Source: Syncephalis fuscata S228 | Lineage: Eukaryota > Fungi > Zoopagomycota | Direction: 5' to 3' | Length of the DNA: 64,000 bases | Assembly (NCBI GenBank): GCA_025786725.1 | Contig: JAHLTZ010000002.1 | Coordinates: forward strand, 434,001 to 498,000 | Shown: one piece after another, positions 26,276-40,392 of the stretch | Position numbering within the stretch: position 1 is the stretch's first letter | Layout of the letters: each line of letters opens with the position of its first letter | Made by a program: the position numbers and the translations under genes | The notes under the pieces: model-generated | The model's input: only the letters and a program-made list of their open reading frames with translations | The model's database searches: none | What the model was told of the DNA's origin: nothing

Positions 26276-29200
26276 TTAAACTAACTCGCTAGACATGGTT
26301 CCAAGCTGGCTAAGGAAGTGCTTGACAACGCGCTTGCCAGTCAGTAAGTTATGAAGTCTAATACGTTCGTTGTTTAAATGCGCCGAATCGGATGCCTGTA
26401 GCATTATTCGAATATTAAACATGTTAGACAATAGCACAATATACATGTATATGTAAATAGCTTACCTGGCCCATAGGCAAATTAACCGCCACTTTGTCAA
26501 AGCATCGCTCGAGCCATCGAACTGCGGGAATAGTGCCACCTTCACGAATCAATAGCGGTTTCTGTCCCCATTCCTTAACAAAGCCATTGTTTATTATTGT
26601 ATCAACGATTATTATCATTACAGCTTACCTTTTGAATAGCATCTTGTAATACTTGGAAATACTGGTTTGATGGATCAGCCAACCACCAATCGGCCGTCTT
26701 TCGAATGGTAATCTATTCGAATAGTTGTATAATAGCATCATAAGTATATAGCAAAAAACAACAACAACAATAACAACTTTGTAGTAATAGATAATACCTG
26801 CCTTAATTTCACAATCGGTATTCAATTTGACAAATAGTGAACGGACGTATGCTTCAAAATCTTGACAAATCTCGACAATATTCTGATCGGGAACCAAACG
26901 CATACTGACCGCAGCAGTGGCCGATCGAGAGATAACAGTTGTATCGTGTGGTCCACTTACATCAACGCGATGAACTGTAAAGGTAGGATACCGCCAACGA
27001 GACATAAGCTGCTCCTTAATTTTTTCTACTCGTTCTTCATCACCACCTTCCTCTCTAAAATTGAATTAAATTAAATTTGTGTTAATTTATCAATTTTTGC
27101 AATTAAACTTACTCGGCCACACTGGTTGCTACTTCGGTGTAATAAGCATCTTCTTCAGGGCTAAGGCTTCGTATACCATTACGGAAGCCTAGTAAATCCA
27201 AATAAATTAGTTACTTTAAAGCTTGCACCATTTAACCTACTAGGAATATTCAACGATCTATCAGGTCCGGTTAACTGGGCCAGTATTTGAATAAGATGCA
27301 TCAATGGCTCTGAGGCTGCACCTCCATCTACACCAGAATGGACATCACCCGACGGACTTGAAATCTAACATTATAAATGAATATTAGACGGTATTCTATT
27401 GCTCTATTTCTTGCTGTAGTTACCTTAATAGTGGCATGAACCAGTCCCCGTAGACCATAGGTCAAACAGGGTCGATTTTCGCCCAACCAATAGGAATTAC
27501 TAAATTATACGTTAGATTATTAATACAACTAATATATTGGACTACCTTAGAAGAATAACATCTGGTTCACCAAAATAGCTCTAAGTTATTATACAAATAA
27601 TTGATATTAGTATTTAGACTATTAATTAGTATATTAGTATTTACGTACCTTATGTTCTGTCATCATATCCGGGAATCCAGCACTGCCATTTTCCTCTTCT
27701 CCTTCAATCACAAAAGAAACATCCACCTCCAATGATTTCTCATCTTGTAGTTCGCTAGCAGCAAATATACACGCTAGCATTGGCCCCTTGTCATCAGTCA
27801 CACCTCGACCATAAAGATATCCATTCTCGCCTATCATTCATGAATAGATACATATCATTATGGTTAGTTAGTCAAGCCATTAGAACGAGTTACCATAAAT
27901 AGATGTAATACTGCACAACTACATACCAGTAACCTGGAATGGAGGGAACCGCCATATAGATTCATCAGCCGGCACCACATCATAATGACCGTAAATCAAT
28001 ACGTTTAATTTACGAGAAGGTTTATCCGTTGATGTTAAACTTTCTCTATTATTCCTAGAGAATCGACCAATCACTAATGGGTTTTTACCCTCCTTGCTAT
28101 AAATCTGTGTATATTGAATATAACATTAATCAATCAGTAACATAACACTAATTTCAACAAACCATTTTGGCATCTGCACCTAGTTGGCGCATAACACTTT
28201 TGAGGAAATTGGCTGCATGTCGACAATCTTCTCTGTGCCGTTCAACTCCACTAACTGATGGGATGGACACCCATTGTTCTAGTGCATACAACATCATATC
28301 TAAACATTATCATTACACAATACATTAGCCTGCATTATAGTAGTATAGACATTCAATTACCTGTTGGTACTTGTTCCGGTAATTGCTGTGGTACATTCGG
28401 TTGTCCTACATCCCAAAACTAATAGCATGTTATAGCTAGGAGAATAGCAGTATATGTATATACTCATACCTTGACATTATTATCGCCCGCACCACTCACT
28501 AAATAAGGGCCGGCAAATGATAATGAAAGAACAATGCCCTCATGTCCCATCGCTGTTTGAACACAGTCAAAATTGCGGTTCCACCGTTTAATTATACCAT
28601 CAGCCGATCCACTGTACAACGAGTCACGGAACATGGTAAGAGCCATAACATCGTCTTCATGGGCAAGTAGCGATCTAATATGTTGAAATGTTTCTAGATC
28701 CCAAATCTATAACTTGCCATTAAAAGCATATTCTGTATTCATTTAAAGCTAGCTACCTTAATTTCGCCGCCTTGACAGCCACAGAACAATAGCTCATCTT
28801 TCTTCACTACTAAAGCAAGTACATTGCCTTTACCACAATGAAGAGTACGCACATGTTCAATGGGTCCATCATTGGCCAACCAAATCTAATAGTAGACCAA
28901 ACTGCTATATTAGCCTATTATTTCCATTTACTTATTTAGCGTTCGCTTGCCTTGACATCACCGTCACCCGCGCCTAATTACAATAATAATTTATCATTCA
29001 ACCATTGTTATATTAGCTGAACACAGCTTGTATCATTCAAGCTTACCCGATAGCAAAACTTGACCACCCATAAATGGTAGATCAGCCAGTAATAATGAAT
29101 AGACATAGCCATAATGACTACTAGGCATAACATCTTTCTCGCGCACGTGGTATCGTTTTACTAGTGCTGCACCCTCTACTGTAGACTCTTCTGAATCGGA

Positions 29201-30181
29201 CATTTCCGATGGTGGTACAGATTCACTTGATACATCACTGACTGCTGAAAATGATGTCGGTAAAATCGGGCCTTGTCTAAAGAACTGTCCTGATTTCGAA
29301 ACATCATCTAAAAGATTGTGTGCTTCATCCAAGTCACGCGATTGATCTTTATGGCGTGTATCAAACCACTATGTTGACAATTAGTATTCAAGGCATTGTT
29401 GCACGCTGATTACTCCGTTTCTACTTATACTCACTTGAATGCTTGTGTTCTGACAACCAAAGTAAAGATAACCCGTCTTTTCAGAGTAGGTAAGGGCCAT
29501 ATATCACCTACGCCGGGGAGTGCGTGTACAATATAAAGGCACTCTAATGTTTTAGTATTCCAGGCCTGTTCAGATATTTATACAAATTTGTATTGCTGTA
29601 ATATGATGACTATAATAACTTACTCTGGCCGTTCCATCACCTTTTATAACAATGAGTGAGTATGATGTAATGTTATATATTATTTATAATTATAATTTTT
29701 ATTTACCTGATGCACTAAACAATGTTTTTTGATCGGCAGAAAGTGTTAAACAGAAAATGGCACCTTTGTGTCCACGTAGTACTTTGCTCAATAAATATGT
29801 CTGTGTACTCCATACCTAGTTGTAAATAGTAGTAGAAATCATGTACAAATTGTTGGTATGAATTACAAGTGTCACTATTTTACATACGTTAATACGTCCA
29901 CCTTGAGTGCCGCTAAATATGTATTGCTGAGTAGCTGCCAGTGCTAAAATGGAATGATTCTTCTGAGTTAGTGTTTGTACACAGCGAGCCATCGTTTGCA
30001 CATTGTCTAGTGAAGGACGCCGTGAAAGTGATGGTTTTATACTGCCTCGTCCACCAAAGCTGGGACGATACTGTGTATCTAGAGTAGTAGAGGTAGTAGA
30101 GGCAGTAGAGGTAGGGGTAGTAGAAACAGCAGCAGCCGTAATAGCAGCCGAATGTTGATGTCGTACCACGCAATCAGTCAT
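26276..30181 (-). CDS. DUG2: Dug2-like WD40 + M20 peptidase-fold protein (glutathione degradation), multi-exon
   Basis: N-terminal WD40 repeats, then YGHYDVV, YLYGRGVTDDKGP, IEGEEENGS, SRWRYPTFTVH, REGGTIPAVRWLE, AHLNNERI. Confidence 0.9.
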
Positions 30182-31430
30182 TGTTATATAGTTATTGTTA
30201 TTGTTATTGTTGTTTGGTAACAAAACTAAAAAGGATCTTACCCAACTGTAGATTGCTGAATGCACGATCCATAGTAAGTGTTGTATTCGGTTCTTACTGC
30301 TCTGATGACGCAATGTTAACGAGTAAGCACGCAATAACAAGAAACAAGTTTTTTTAATTCTACGATACTGCCCGCCAATTGTTGCCTTTTTACAGTAATT
30401 GAATTGTCAGTGTGACACCGATTAATCGTCATAACAGCATTAGTCTATTTTTCCATATATTCCACCATTGGCTACATTTACTTTGCGTTTTCTACTTTAG
30501 CGCAATAAATTATTTTACGCAATCGATCGTAATGATGGGATTAAATTAATTTATATAAATAATGCAACATACTATTTGATTTCTTTGAAAATTTTGAGGC
30601 TAATTATTATTGTCGTTGGCCATATGTAGAAAGATTAATTGAATATTAATAAAAGCCATATAATTGCAATTCCATGGCATTCCGCAGTTGTTATTGTTGT
30701 TACTATGTACAGCGTGGTTTCATGCATCTGAATGGTCTATTTTATTTTCTAATATTTACTATTGCATTTTGGGATATTTGTGATGTAAGATAAATTAATA
30801 TAATTATTATAAAAGTCGTTTATTAAACAGCCACTTTCCCTATAGCCAATCTGACTAAATAAATGGCATTTGAACAATTAATATTATAATGACAATATAT
30901 ATATATATTAAAGCCATAATAAAGATAATTAATTGATTAATTATTGTATTAATAATTACACATGAATTAGTCAATGTTGGATAATATTATACATGGAATA
31001 GTGATAAGTGAATGACGGATGAATATTTAATTATATCTAAAAGTATTAAAAAAAGCCAAAGTACAATAGCTCCATATATTTATTAAAATTTATTCATTTA
31101 TTCTTAGTGTTTATAATTTGTGTTAAAATAGCATGTCGTTTTTGTGGTTATAATTAACGTTAGATAGACACTACCAGATGTTATTTAGCTGGCAGTTAAT
31201 TATAATATTGTCTATAAGTAATTAGCAATTTATTAAATTTATACAATCAAAATAAAAACATATATAAACATTGATACCAAGTGTTTATAAATTGATAATA
31301 TTTTATTGAACATTAAATAAAACAGTATAACATATTCTTTATTTACGTTATCAAAATGAATTTGAAACAATTAACTATTATTAGTAAATCTATAGAACAT
31401 TTAAATAATAATGTTGCTTAATAAAAATAG

Positions 31431-32466
31431 TTATTCGCGCATTTCAACACTTGATGGGTATTTTTCGTCATTATAATTACCAGTTTGCTCTTCAATATGA
31501 CTATCTTGCTTATACGATTGTATATATGGTAGCATTTTACGCTGCCAAATGTTAATGGCATATTTTTCACCATCCTCAACTGGTGAACCACCATGCATTG
31601 TACGTTCGTCCTCGGCTTCATTATGATCAACGTTATACCAAAATACCGCACCATTTTTCTTTGGCATGACTTCAAAATCTAATTCAGTAAATAAAGTGCC
31701 ACCACCCTCCGTAGGCTCATTGAGATATACAAGAAATGTTGTATATCGCTGGCCAGTTTTAAGCCATTTACTGTTATTGGCATCACCAAATTCTTCAGGA
31801 TACAAATAATCATGATGAGGTCGGAATTCTTGACCTTTCGTATACCATACCACTTGTAATGATTCGGTATTTTCAACAGAAATATTAGTGATTTGCGATG
31901 CACGCTCTTCAATGCATTTTACAATATCATCTTGACTAGCTTTAAATGTGCACTGCTACTTGTACGATCTTCGGAATACTCATCAGGACCAATTACACGG
32001 GAACGGCCCATTATAGGCTTGGCTAGCTCGATTATATGTTCTGCCTCCCCAGGTTGTAGGAAATCTTCAAAGTAAAGAACCATTGGATCACGACTCAATA
32101 TAAATACTTGATAGCCATGTTTACACTCAAATTGACCAATTGATGATTCAGAACGCGCATCAAGCGGCACTGAAGTATTTTGGTGTTGCTCTGCTGTAGA
32201 AATTAAAGCAGCATGTTGTTTCTGATACGTTTGCTGTTGCTGAGAATAAAAATGATCTGCTGCATTTGGTGGCAGGTCAAGATATGCTTCCGCAGCACGC
32301 TTGAGCCCAGTTTGAACCAACGGTCCTAGCGCAGAAGACAAAACCGAAGAAAGCACCACAGAATAATCAATGTAGTGATACTTACACTTCCACCACTCTC
32401 TTGAACAACAACTGATGGTGGTGCCGCAAGTGTTTTTGCATGGCTATGTTTATTAGTATAGGCCAT
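31431..32466 (-). CDS. Prolyl 4-hydroxylase-like, copy 3 (intronless; left arm of palindrome)
   Basis: MAYTNKHSH..., TM anchor, FRPHHDY, TMHGGSPVEDGEKY; two frameshifts. Confidence 0.88.
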
Positions 32467-33841
32467 GTTGAAGACAATATTGGAAATACACTATAGGATT
32501 GAAAAGAGCAAGAACAATATAGTTGGGCTTTGAAAGGGCTTGCGTAGTATGCACATATCAAAACGGATCACGCGGTCAAATAATGCAGCTATACTATAAA
32601 TAGACTGCATGCAACTGGTTGCTTTTAAAACAACTGATAGTAATAAGAACAATGATTTCTTTATATGTATACATTGTAATAAAGCTTTGTCAATTTTTAC
32701 AATTTGTTTGAAATTACAATTGTTAATGATAGAATTAAAGCGTAAAAACTCAGTGTAAAGACTATGATTGGTTAACGGTAAGTTATTTATAGTATAGCTG
32801 CATTATTTAACCGCGTGGTCCGTTTTGATATGTGCATACTACGCAAGCACCTTTCAAAGCCCAACTATATTGTTCTTGCTCTTTTCAATCCTATAGTGTA
32901 TTTCCAATATTGTCTTCAACATGGCCTATACTAATAAACATAGCCATGCAAAAACACTTGCGGCACCACCATCAGTTGTTGTTCAAGAGAGTGGTGGAAG
33001 TGTAAGTATCACTACATTGATTATTCTGCTGGTGCTTTCTTCGGTTTTGTCTTCTGCGCTAGGACCGTTGGTTCAAACTGGGCTCAAGCGTGCTGCGGAA
33101 GCATATCTTGACCTGCCACCAAATGCAGCAGATCATTTTTATTCTCAGCAACAGCAAACGTATCAGAAACAACATGCTGCTTTAATTTCTACAGCAGAGC
33201 AACACCAAAATACTTCAGTGCCGCTTGATGCGCGTTCTGAATCATCAATTGGTCAATTTGAGTGTAAACATGGCTATCAAGTATTCATATTGAGTCGTGA
33301 TCCAATGGTTTTTACTTTGAAGATTTCCTACAACCTGGGGAGGCAGAACATATAATTGAGCTAGCCAAGCCTATAATGGGCCGTTCCCGTGTAATTGGTC
33401 CTGATGAGTATTCCGAAGATCGTACAAGTAGCAGTGCATATTTAAAGCTAGTCAAGACGATATTGTAAAATGCATTGAAGAGCGTGCATCGCAAATCACT
33501 AATATTTCTGTTGAAAATACCGAATCATTACAAGTGGTATGGTATACAAAGGTCAAGAATTCCGACCTCATCATGATTATTTGTATCCTGAAGATTTGGT
33601 GATGCCGACAACAGTAATGGCTTAAAACTGGCCAGCGATATACAACATTTCTTGTATATCTCAATGAGCCTACGGAGGGTGGTGGCACTTTATTTACTGA
33701 ATTAGATTTTGAAGTCATGCCAAAGAAAAATGCCGCTTTATTCTGGTACAATGTCAATTTCAATGAAGTCGAAGATGAACGTACAATGCATGGTGGTTCA
33801 CCAGTTGAGGATGGTGAAAAATATGCCATTAACATTTGGCA
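31543..33841. repeat. Head-to-head inverted duplication, arms ~31543-32602 and ~32784-33841, ~180-bp spacer
   Basis: The reverse-complement match covers the proximal promoter, 5' UTR and most of the CDS. Confidence 0.92.
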
Positions 33842-33964
33842 AAACAAAAAGATACCACGCATAGGATCATATAGACAAGAATATAGCCAAGAATATGGCG
33901 CTGAAAATCAAGCCAACGACTATAATAGCGAAGCATATCCATCAGTAGTGAAATGTACGAGTAA
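32921..33964 (+). CDS. Prolyl 4-hydroxylase-like, copy 4 (intronless; right arm of palindrome)
   Basis: Near-identical to copy 3; several single-base frameshifts; probable end EMYE* at 33964 by homology to copy 3 EMRE*. Confidence 0.82.
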
Positions 33965-34485
33965 TTGTCTTTATCAATGCTATTACCAAATTTGGCACTA
34001 CAGATTATACGTTTCTTTCACACCAAGAATTGTAAATTGTATACCTTATACCATATTCCAAATAGTATTTCTGTATAAGAATATCTATACACTCTAATTC
34101 AGATTTCCACGTACTTATACAGCTTATACTTACTACTCTATTTTTCTAATATCATTATAATTCATCACTTTAACTAACATTATTATTATTTAATTATTCA
34201 ATAAACATTATATTTTACAATAGCTTTTGCAAATATGTTGTAAATGCAACTTTATCAGAAACATTACTACTTTTGGTGTTTCTCAGGCAACTATCCAATC
34301 GTATTCGTTGCATACTAACTCTTTTAAAATGAACCAATCATATAGCACCTATTTTTATCTCAGTATATAGCTGAACACAATTATCCACACCAATAAAGGA
34401 CCATGCTACAGGCCCCTTTTTACACTCAAGTTATTTTATTTCTATTACAGCCTTCTCAAAGATATACGTATTATTGAATACACAA

Positions 34486-35577
34486 ATGGCCCAAATGAAT
34501 GGCAAACACGGCCATGTGGATACAGCCACTACGGCTCAGTCACCTGCACCAGCAGTTGCTCAACAAAGTGGTGGTGTAAGCACTACTACGTTAGTTATTT
34601 TGTTAGTGCTTTCTTCAGTACTTTCTTCGGCACTAGGACCGCTGGTTCAGTCCGGTCTTAAATTTGCTGCAGAGGCATATCTTGGCCTGCCACCTAATGC
34701 AGCGGATCAATTCCGTCTTCAGCAGCAGCCTCCTCAGGAGAAGTTTGCTGCTCCCATTTCTTCAGTGGCGCAGCCGCAAGCCTCCCCAGTGGCACTTAAA
34801 CCACGCGCTGAACCTAACAAAAGTCAATTTGGCTGCAAACACGACTATCAAGCGTTTATACTTAATCGTGACCCGATGGTAATTTATTTAGAAGATTTTC
34901 TACAGCCTGGCGAGGCCGATCATATGATTGAACTCGCTAAGCCCAAAATGATGCGTTCTCGTGTAGTTGGCGAACAAGAGTACTCGGACTCGCGTACAAG
35001 CAGCAGCGCCTACCTTGAGTCCAGCCAAGATAATGTAGTCAAGTGCATTGAAGAGCGCGCCTCATTATTCACCAACATTTCAATGGAGGCCACGGAGCCG
35101 TTGCAAGTTGTCTGGTACACCAAAGGTCAAGAGTTCCGACCTCATCATGACTATTTGGAACGTAAAGATCTCAAGAATGACTACTGGTCTCGTTATGGTC
35201 AACGGTACACTACTTTCCTTGTGTATCTTAATGAGCCTGAACTGGGTGGCGGCACGCTATTCAGCTCATTGGGCTTCGAGCTAGAACCAAGAAAAAATGC
35301 CGCTATCTTCTGGTATAATGTTAATTATAAAGAAACGGAGGATAGTCGTACACTGCACGGCGGTTCACCAGTCGAGGGTGGCGAAAAATACGCCATCAAC
35401 ATTTGGCAGCGTAAGATGTTGCCAGATTTAGCACCATTTATCCAAAATCCCAATGGACAAGACAAAATACACCGCCCAAAGAAGCCCGCAATACGGCGGC
35501 AACTAGTAAATAGCTTTTTAGCTTTATCGCTAATTTTAATAAAAAGTAAATTTAACTACTATCGTTCAAGCTATTAA
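34486..35577 (+). CDS. Prolyl 4-hydroxylase-like, copy 5 (intronless, uninterrupted ORF)
   Basis: TM anchor, FRPHHDY, GQRYTTFLVYLNEP, TLHGGSPVEGGEKY (HxD...H...K facial triad plus 2OG-binding Lys). Confidence 0.93.
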   Translation: MAQMNGKHGHVDTATTAQSPAPAVAQQSGGVSTTTLVILLVLSSVLSSALGPLVQSGLKFAAEAYLGLPPNAADQFRLQQQPPQEKFAAPISSVAQPQASPVALKPRAEPNKSQFGCKHDYQAFILNRDPMVIYLEDFLQPGEADHMIELAKPKMMRSRVVGEQEYSDSRTSSSAYLESSQDNVVKCIEERASLFTNISMEATEPLQVVWYTKGQEFRPHHDYLERKDLKNDYWSRYGQRYTTFLVYLNEPELGGGTLFSSLGFELEPRKNAAIFWYNVNYKETEDSRTLHGGSPVEGGEKYAINIWQRKMLPDLAPFIQNPNGQDKIHRPKKPAIRRQLVNSFLALSLILIKSKFNYYRSSY

Positions 35578-36885
35578 TGTTTGATTTGTGTTACATCAAC
35601 CATTGGTAAAATGGCAATAACAAATTATTACTGTGGTCAGTATTTATTTAAATCAATTTATTAGCAATATTTTAATAGGAATAATATAATTATATTGTGT
35701 ATAACAGTGCGACTTTAATTGGAACGAGTTTTGCTTTAAGAGGCTCAAAATAGGAAAGTCAAAGTGCAATCAAAGTTTTAGTAAAGTAAATAGGGTATGA
35801 CTAATTAACTAATAAATCACTATTTTTAACAATGAACAACTAATGCCTTTACCCATTTACACTGTTGCCATAAATTTAAATAAATTGTATTGCTAAATTC
35901 AGCTTTAATCCAATGCTGTACTGTAGTTTTGATTACAAGTATATCTTTACTATGCTAAAAAATAAAACACATAGTATTAGATCAAACACGCAATCTAAGT
36001 CGAATGCAATAGTATTTAATAATTATATCAAAACATAGTAATTTTTTCAAAAATTACTATTTTTACATCTATGGTACTTTTTAATTTCGTAAGCAAATTG
36101 CCTAAATTTTATATCCGCTAAAAATAGCAGCAACATTGATAATTAACTTATCTTTTTTATTTAAAATGCATTAATAACAATAAATAAGACATTTTTTATT
36201 TATAGGCTAGCATTTTAAAGATATTTTTTTTTATTACTAATGCTGGTTTAGTAAAAGATATAATGGTTTACGATAGAATAGATATACAATGCGAATATAA
36301 TAGGTAGATTAAATAATTTATCATGATAATAAAATATAACAATATAGTATAGTAATTATAATATTTCATATCAATTATATTATCAGCGCGCAATATGTCA
36401 GATCTCCTTAACAAGGCTTAGTATAATAAAGAGATTAAGTAAAATAAAAAAATAGCGAATGTAGTAAAAAGCTAAATACAGTTAATAAAGCTCATTTACT
36501 ACAGAGATGAGCGTGATTATAGAACATACCATTCGTAATAATCGTAGTAACCTCGTGGTTACGCAAAATGATTGTTTTCGTTGTTACATTTTGTCAAATG
36601 ACTAGCTTGTGTTAACAGTTGGTGGTGGCGCAATACTTAGCAAAAATATGAAATATGCATGTAATATTCTAGAAATCCAGACTTGACTCGCATTTGATTG
36701 ACTTAAATAGTGCGCTAATATCGCGGATTATACCCATGTTTATCACCCACCTTTCCTGTCTTACTCTAGCTATTTCTTTTCCGATTACACGGCAAATATC
36801 CTAACGAACACCTACCCTCCTACTTCAACATATCTTTGTGCTATTGAATACTCTTACTCTTGCTTATTTCTATTTTATTAACGTC

Positions 36886-38241
36886 ATGCAACTTACCAGC
36901 CTTTTGGCAGTACTATTTGTACTGCCAGCACTTACCCTTGGTCTACCAAGTCCCCAAGGGCCCAGTAAAGAAGATATTCGCAATGGCAAGCCAGGAGTCA
37001 AGGCCCGATTTGATGGACAGCAAGTCGTCAGCTTAACAGCTGGTGACCGCATTCCTCAAAATGTGTGGGATCAAGTGGAACAGCTTCACCTTGATGTGTG
37101 GAAACAAACCACGACGGAGCTACACGTTCGTGTAGATCCATCCGAGCGCATTGCACTGGCCGCACTGCCCAATGTCAAGTTGACCACCATCGTGGATGAT
37201 GTCCAGAAGCTTATTGACTCAGAAAAAGCCAACAAGAACTCTTTTGCTCCGGAAAAGTACGGCAGTCCAACGTGGTTCAATAACTATCACGAATTGACCG
37301 AGTTAACCAACTGGTATTACGATTTGGCCAAGCAACACTCTGACATTGTAACAACACCAGTTGTTATTGGCAACACAATTGAAAATCGCCCATTACTCAA
37401 ATTCACCATCACCGGCCCCGGAGATGCCAGTGGCCGCAAGCGTATTTGGCTAGAAGCAATGCACATGCACGTGAATGGATTTCGGCCGCTACATTGCAAT
37501 ACTTTGTCGATACTTTGGTAAACAGCTACGCCAAAGGTGACACACGTGTTCGTAATCTATTTCACAAGTTGAATTTGTTATTGTACCTGTCTGCAATCCT
37601 GACGGTTATGTCTTTACCTGGTCATCAAACAGACTATGGCGCAAAAACCGAGAAGGTATACAGAATGGCCGCACCTATGGTGTTGACATCAACCGCAACT
37701 GGCCAGATCACTGGGGTGCTCGAGGAAGCTCAACCAATCCATCGGCAGAAGATTATCGCGGACCATCTGCCGGATCCACGCGTGAAGTCCAAGCATTAAC
37801 TACTGCCTACATCAAAACACCAAATATTGTCAGCGCTGTTGATTTGCACTCTTACTCGCAACTAGTCCTTCGTTCATACGGCTGGACCACTGCTATCCCA
37901 CAAGATGAATCACGTCTTGCTAAAGTTGGTCAACAATTTGCCGACGATATTCGTGCGCAAAGTGGCAAGGAATATACCTCGCAGCGTTCCGTTGAGCTAT
38001 ATGTGACATCGGGAGAAGTGACTGACTGGTGGTATGGCGAAGCTTTGAACCAAAAGAAAAAAGCCGGCGTGCCTGCTCCTCGTCCCTATGCTTTCTGTAT
38101 GAATTACGACCGTCCGATTCTTTTGGCGGCCAAGGCTTTATTCTACCGCCAAGTCAAATAATTCCTACTGGTCAGGAAATTTACGCAGCATTGCTCCACT
38201 TTTCCGAAGAAACATCCAAGAATCCTCTGCCTAATGCTTAA
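36886..38241 (+). CDS. Secreted M14A zinc carboxypeptidase with propeptide (intronless)
   Basis: Signal MQLTSLLAVLFVLPALTLG; HAREWIS, NPDGY, RLWRKNR, GVDINRNW, DLHSYSQ, ELRP; frameshifts. Confidence 0.9.
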
Positions 38242-38751
38242 TGATTTTTGATGACAACTTACGCATATTAAAATAAACATATAAAACATGTCAAATTTAT
38301 AATACATATAGTGCAATGAGTGGAATAAGTAGAGTGTATTGGAGCATATAAACAATAGACTATGTCTAGTATATTTTAAAATAATATATAATAGCGCGGA
38401 ATAGAATGGGAATGATATAGACATACTAGATAATAAATCTACAATAATGAGTATTTTAAACTTTGCTGTCATTCGCCACCACCATCTTGTTCAATAGATT
38501 AAATTTTATTAAATTTAGTCATTTGACCATCAAATTGCAATAAATATCTATAAACTGTTTATAAAATTGTATATTGCTCTATAGCAGTATTACATTCAAA
38601 TAATGTGATATTTTAATATTTACGAAAAGAAATAATAAATATGATAAGCTTGTAACACAAATCGTGACCAGTTGACAAATTACACCACCTTTCTGAACTC
38701 GTCATATTTCATTACTCAAGTTAGTATACAATAAAGTCCAGGATGTGCATT

Positions 38752-40233
38752 TTAATTATTTTTCTGCTCCCACCAAGCAAAAAAGTTGCACTGGCGTCCT
38801 TGTCGCGAGTAGGCGCCCTTACAACAATAAAAATAGCGGCCAAACGTTTTTTCTTTCCGCGTAACGCTTTTTAATTGGCAGGGCAGATTGCATAAGCAGC
38901 GAGGGATGGTTGCCAGCTGTTGCTCCTGCCGGTAATGGCGGTAAGTAATGTTGATGCGTGTTGAACCGGCCAATGGATGTGGATGAACCGGCGCAGCTGG
39001 CACTTGATGTCGCCATTGTTCTTGCGTCGGCGGGTGCATTAGCAGTAGCGAATTGTGTGGCAAATATACGGAATAGGTTGCAGGCTGATCGCGTGCCAAT
39101 GCATACGATTGTAAACGAAATGGTCGGCCGGCCCCAAGCGACAATGAAGCAATGGTTGGCATTGGCCCAAGATAGGTTAGCTATTAACATGTGCGTACAT
39201 TAATAGGCTGCTAAAATAATACATTAGTTGCTTACCGTATCACTATGCCAATCGACTGATTCTTTTGCAGAAGCATAACAATTGGATGCTGCAACTGAGG
39301 GAAACCATTCTTCATTCGATTCGTGCGAATATCTGTAACAGCTATTAGCTTCTAGAAAATAAAAATAGCAAATAGTATTTGATACCTTTTTCGTGAATTT
39401 AATCGTTTGTTAACACATTTTTGAACCAGTTCAGCTGCTTGGATCATTGATGGAGAAAAAGTAGCGGCTTCTTTTAGCCGTTGTCCACTGTAATAATTCC
39501 AGTCTTGATCCCAATGCTGCTCTTCGGTTTGCTTGGCCAATGGTGTATCTTGTTTGCCTGGGCTGTTATCGTCTTCTTCGCATTCTTTCTTACGCGTCCA
39601 ACTACCTTCTGGATGCACAAAGAATGCGGATGTATGAGGTGAAACTATTTCACGATCAAACAGCCAGCGTCGATTGCGCTTCCAGCCTTGCGAAACAACC
39701 AACATTTCCTTTAGCAATACATTGGCCAGATCTACAGGTAGAAAATCTAGTATTAGCTCGCATGGCGTATGACGTTTAATATCCTCTGGTCGGTACAACT
39801 CTACAGTACGAGTTGGCTGACGTCGTTGTTTGCTTTCCGGTTGATCCACAGATAACCAGCGTAATTTTTCGTGCACACTTGGCAGCCCATCTGTTTTTAT
39901 GGTGTTCGGCGCGTCATTACTTGATGTTTTATTTATTGCATCATTGGATGGGCTACAGAAGGAAGGAAATGCAGGCATTAATCGTTGGCTTTTGTACGTT
40001 TCGCCAGCAGTATATTGATGTAGCGTTACTTGTTTGCGACGAATGGCTTTTTGCTTTATTAGTGGCAGCGTTTTTACAATAATATTGCCATCTAAAAGCA
40101 TCTCAGCTGCTCTATCAACATCTCCTTTAGTGTCTACCAATACTTGACGCAAACGAGCTACCGGCACAGTATCAAAAATCTGTGCCAGTTGTAGCAATGA
40201 CGTGCTATCACTGGATGAATGTTTGCTCGTCAT
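38752..40233 (-). CDS. CUE + AlkB-like 2OG-Fe(II) + GRF zinc-finger protein
   Basis: N-terminal CUE-like LAQIFDTVPVARLRQVLVDTKGDVDRAAEMLL; DWHSD, IASLSLGA, RINITYR; C-terminal CxC...GRYFYCC...CNFFAW. Confidence 0.85.
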
Positions 40234-40392
40234 TTTTAAGAGGAAATAAAAAAGCGTATTAGTAAAACGAACAAAAGTCGAGCAGCCATTTAAAATTCCA
40301 AAAATAGATACGAGAATTATTTATTGTGTGTTCAATTACCGCGTCGAGCGAAAAGGCACAATCAAGAAAAACCATAATGGCGACCAGCACAA

